Positions 61,394 to 64,000 of a stretch of DNA of 64,000 nucleotides are shown here, one piece after another. How positions within the stretch are numbered: the first letter of the stretch is position 1; each line of letters opens with the position of its first letter. The stretch lies in contig CASERQ010000002.1 in the NCBI GenBank assembly GCA_949290395.1, forward strand, positions 130,727 to 194,726, written 5' to 3'. Both the position numbers and the translations under genes were made by a program. Source of the DNA: an uncultured bacterium. Lineage in GTDB: Bacteria > Bacillota_I > Bacilli_A > RFN20 > CAG-826. A model generated the notes under the pieces. It did no database searches, had not been told where the DNA came from, and saw only the letters and a program-made list of their open reading frames with translations.

Positions 61394-63152
61394 TTTGGCC
61401 CTCCTTAATAATTTCTATACCTAATTTTTGAAGTTGTTCTTCATCAACTTCATATGGAGCATTAGAAACTGGATCAACTGCAGCTAAGTTTTTAGGAAAA
61501 GCAATAACATCACGAATGTTATCTGTTCCACTTAAAATCATAGCCATTCTATCAAGTCCTAAAGCAAAACCACCATGTGGAGGTGTTCCATATTTTAATG
61601 AGTCAACAAAGAATCCAAATTTCTTTTTAATATCTTCTTCTGTAAATCCAAGAACTTTAAAGATCATTTCTTGAACTTTTTGGTCATAAATTCTTAAAGA
61701 TCCACCGCCTGCTTCATATCCATTAATTACGATATCATATGCATAGCTATAAACATTGTATGGTTCAGTAAATAATTTATCGATATCTTCATCACATGGT
61801 CTTGTAAATGGATGATGGCATGGGGTAATTTCACCTGTTTCCTCACTCTTTTCGAAAAGTGGGAAATGAACGACCCATAATAAATCGTATGTATTCGGCT
61901 TAATTAAACCTAATTCTTTAGCAAGTTGACTTCTTAAGGCGCCTAAACCAAAGTTAACATCTCTCAAAATGTTACTTGTAGCAATAATTAAAGCGTCTCC
62001 ATCTTTTAATTCAGTAGCTTTGATGAGTTCTTCTTTGATTTCTTGTGATAAGAATTTAACAATACTTCCTTCCAATTCGCCATTAACCAACTTCAAATAA
62101 GCAAATTGTTTCATGTTAAATTTAGGAGCAACTAAATTTAAAGCATCTTGTTTCTTTCTAGTTAAATGTTCAGCAAAGTTATCAACCTTAATTGCTTTAA
62201 TGTATTTGTTGTCTTGATATAATTTGAATTCTGAATTACCAAGAATGTACTTAATATCCACTAAATACATACTAAAACGTGTATCTGGCTTATCAGAACC
62301 ATATTTATTGACTGCTTCTTTATATTCCATTCTTCTTAAAGGAAGTTTAACATCATAGCCAATAGCGTCTTTAAATATTTTTGCTACCAAGCCTTCACCG
62401 AGATTAAGAATTTGGTCTTGATTTAAGAAACTTGTTTCAACATCAATTTGAGTAAAATCAGGTTGTCTATCTGCTCTTAAATCTTCATCTCTAAAACATC
62501 TAGCAATTTGATAGTATCTTTCAAAACCAGCGACCATCAACATCTGTTTATAAAGTTGTGGGGATTGTGGTAATGCGTAAAATGCGCCTTTATGAACTCT
62601 GCTAGGTACTAAATAATCTCTAGCTCCCTCTGGTGTAGATGGAGATAAATAAGGTGTTTCAATTTCTATAAAATCATTAGAATCTAAAAATTCATGTGTT
62701 GCTTTAACAATTTTTGCTCTAATTTTAAAACGTCTTTGCATGCAATTTCTTCTTAAATCAAGGTAACGATACTTTAAACGAATATCTTCATTTGCATCAG
62801 TTACTTCTTGAGTAGAAATTGGAGGTTGTAAAGCTGTATTAATAACTTTAATTCTACTTGCTAAAACTTCAACTTCACCAGTTGCAAGATTTTTATTAGG
62901 TACATCTTTTTTACAAACAACGCCTTCTACTTCTAAAACATACTCATTTCTGATATCTGGAAGTTCTATTTCATCAGTTTTAACACAAATTTGAACATAG
63001 CCTTCCCTATCTCTTAAATCTATAAAAAGCAAGCTCCCTAAATTACGCTTTTTAGAAACCCAACCTAAAAGTTGAACAGTTCTTCCAACATCACTAAGTC
63101 TTAAGTTTCCGCAATAATATGTTCTAACAAACTTTTCTTCAACGTTATTCAT
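61386..63152 (-). CDS. aspS: aspartyl-tRNA synthetase
   Basis: OB anticodon-binding N-terminus; class II motifs (FRDEDLRADRQPDFTQID, GGGSLRIYD, GLDR). Confidence 0.95.
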   Translation of the reverse strand: MNNVEEKFVRTYYCGNLRLSDVGRTVQLLGWVSKKRNLGSLLFIDLRDREGYVQICVKTDEIELPDIRNEYVLEVEGVVCKKDVPNKNLATGEVEVLASRIKVINTALQPPISTQEVTDANEDIRLKYRYLDLRRNCMQRRFKIRAKIVKATHEFLDSNDFIEIETPYLSPSTPEGARDYLVPSRVHKGAFYALPQSPQLYKQMLMVAGFERYYQIARCFRDEDLRADRQPDFTQIDVETSFLNQDQILNLGEGLVAKIFKDAIGYDVKLPLRRMEYKEAVNKYGSDKPDTRFSMYLVDIKYILGNSEFKLYQDNKYIKAIKVDNFAEHLTRKKQDALNLVAPKFNMKQFAYLKLVNGELEGSIVKFLSQEIKEELIKATELKDGDALIIATSNILRDVNFGLGALRSQLAKELGLIKPNTYDLLWVVHFPLFEKSEETGEITPCHHPFTRPCDEDIDKLFTEPYNVYSYAYDIVINGYEAGGGSLRIYDQKVQEMIFKVLGFTEEDIKKKFGFFVDSLKYGTPPHGGFALGLDRMAMILSGTDNIRDVIAFPKNLAAVDPVSNAPYEVDEEQLQKLGIEIIKEGQND

Positions 63153-63181
63153 AAAATATATACCCCATTTCTAATCAATAA

Positions 63182-64000
63182 TTATTCTTCGTGATGACAG
63201 TGTCCATGTCCGTGACAGCAATGATGTTCGTGTTCATCATCATCTTGACAACATTCACCATGTTCATGTCCTTCATGTCTACAACATTCTCCATGTTCAT
63301 GACCTTCATGATGACAACAACATTCAGAATCATCAGCAGATTCTAATTCTATATCGAAGAAATTATCTAAATATGATTGTAAATCTTGTAAATTGATTTG
63401 AGTTTGCTCTTTTGTTCCCAAATTCTTGATTGTAATCATATTGTTATTGAGTTCATCTTCGCCAATTATAAGTGCAAGTGTAGCTTCACGTCTTTCTGCT
63501 TTTTTAAACATTGCACCCATTGACTTAGCTTCATAACAAACTTCAGTAGAATAACCTAAATTTCTTAAAACATAAGCCAATCCAAAAGAAAATTCGACTG
63601 CTTTTTCTCCCATTGGCATAATAAATAAATCCACTCCGTTTGCTAATTCTGGGAATAAAGAATCATCTTCCATTACTTTTGCAATACGTTCAATTCCAAA
63701 AGCAAAACCAACACCTTCAATTTGTGGCCCACCAATTTCAGAAATAAGATTTCCATAGTGTCCGCCTGCTCCAATTGCTCCATAATTATTGCCGTTTGAT
63801 GCTGTGTAGTGAAATTCAAACACAATTCCTGAATAATAATCTAAACCTCTAACAAGTTCAGAATCGACTTCAAAAGGAATTTCTAAAGCAGTTAAATATG
63901 ATTTAACTTTTTCGAATCTATTTCTTGCTTCTTCTGTTAAATAATCACCAATTTTAGGTGCTTTATCTATAATTGGACGATCTTCAGGAACTTTACAATC
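63182..64000 (-). CDS. hisS: histidyl-tRNA synthetase (5' end outside window) with an extra Cys/His-rich C-terminal tail
   Basis: The frame stays open past the track's Met at 63823 to the window edge (encodes ...LVRGLDYY); motif 3 and anticodon-binding domain; about 50 aa CC/HH-rich tail before the stop. Confidence 0.9.
   Translation of the reverse strand, partial: DCKVPEDRPIIDKAPKIGDYLTEEARNRFEKVKSYLTALEIPFEVDSELVRGLDYYSGIVFEFHYTASNGNNYGAIGAGGHYGNLISEIGGPQIEGVGFAFGIERIAKVMEDDSLFPELANGVDLFIMPMGEKAVEFSFGLAYVLRNLGYSTEVCYEAKSMGAMFKKAERREATLALIIGEDELNNNMITIKNLGTKEQTQINLQDLQSYLDNFFDIELESADDSECCCHHEGHEHGECCRHEGHEHGECCQDDDEHEHHCCHGHGHCHHEE

Overview
The window is an AT-rich chromosomal segment read with the standard genetic code: UGG is used for Trp, and ORFs up to 878 aa are uninterrupted by TGA. 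Gene content and order look like a low-GC Firmicutes/Acholeplasma-like core genome rather than a TGA-recoding Mycoplasma. Almost the whole window is housekeeping DNA, with gene order closely paralleling the Bacillus subtilis yqe/yqf/yqh regions: alaS-ruvX-greA, comEA-comEC-holA-rpsT, fmt, lepA-hemW-hrcA-grpE-dnaK-dnaJ-rsmE-mtaB, rpmF, deoC, rpsU, ybeY-cdd-era-recO-glyQS-dnaG-rpoD-trmK-nif3-ispH-cshB-ispG, rpmG, efp, plsY, parE-parC, yqeG-yqeH-yhbY-yqeK, an ABC-type lipoprotein/permease cluster, deoB-xerD, dinB, xseBA-nusB-asp23, tkt and aspS-hisS. I found no rRNA, tRNA, CRISPR array, IS element or prophage. The most unusual items are: (1) the syntenic ispH ortholog has lost all three [4Fe-4S] cysteines and the active-site histidines while ispG is intact; (2) histidyl-tRNA synthetase ends in a Cys/His-rich Hpn-like metal-binding tail; (3) a PD-(D/E)XK nuclease is fused to an XPD/DinG-type Fe-S helicase; (4) a Fic-fold protein with a completely degenerate Fic motif plus a tiny membrane protein is inserted between lepA and hemW; (5) a C39 double-glycine peptidase is fused to a membrane domain with no ABC ATPase; (6) a recurring three-frame-stop motif GTAGATAATTAGTAG sits at gene 3' ends; (7) an identical 19-mer precedes the start codons of comEA and the C39 gene. 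I cannot name a single self-contained, previously undescribed system here with confidence. The degenerate IspH and the metal-tailed HisRS are the best leads.
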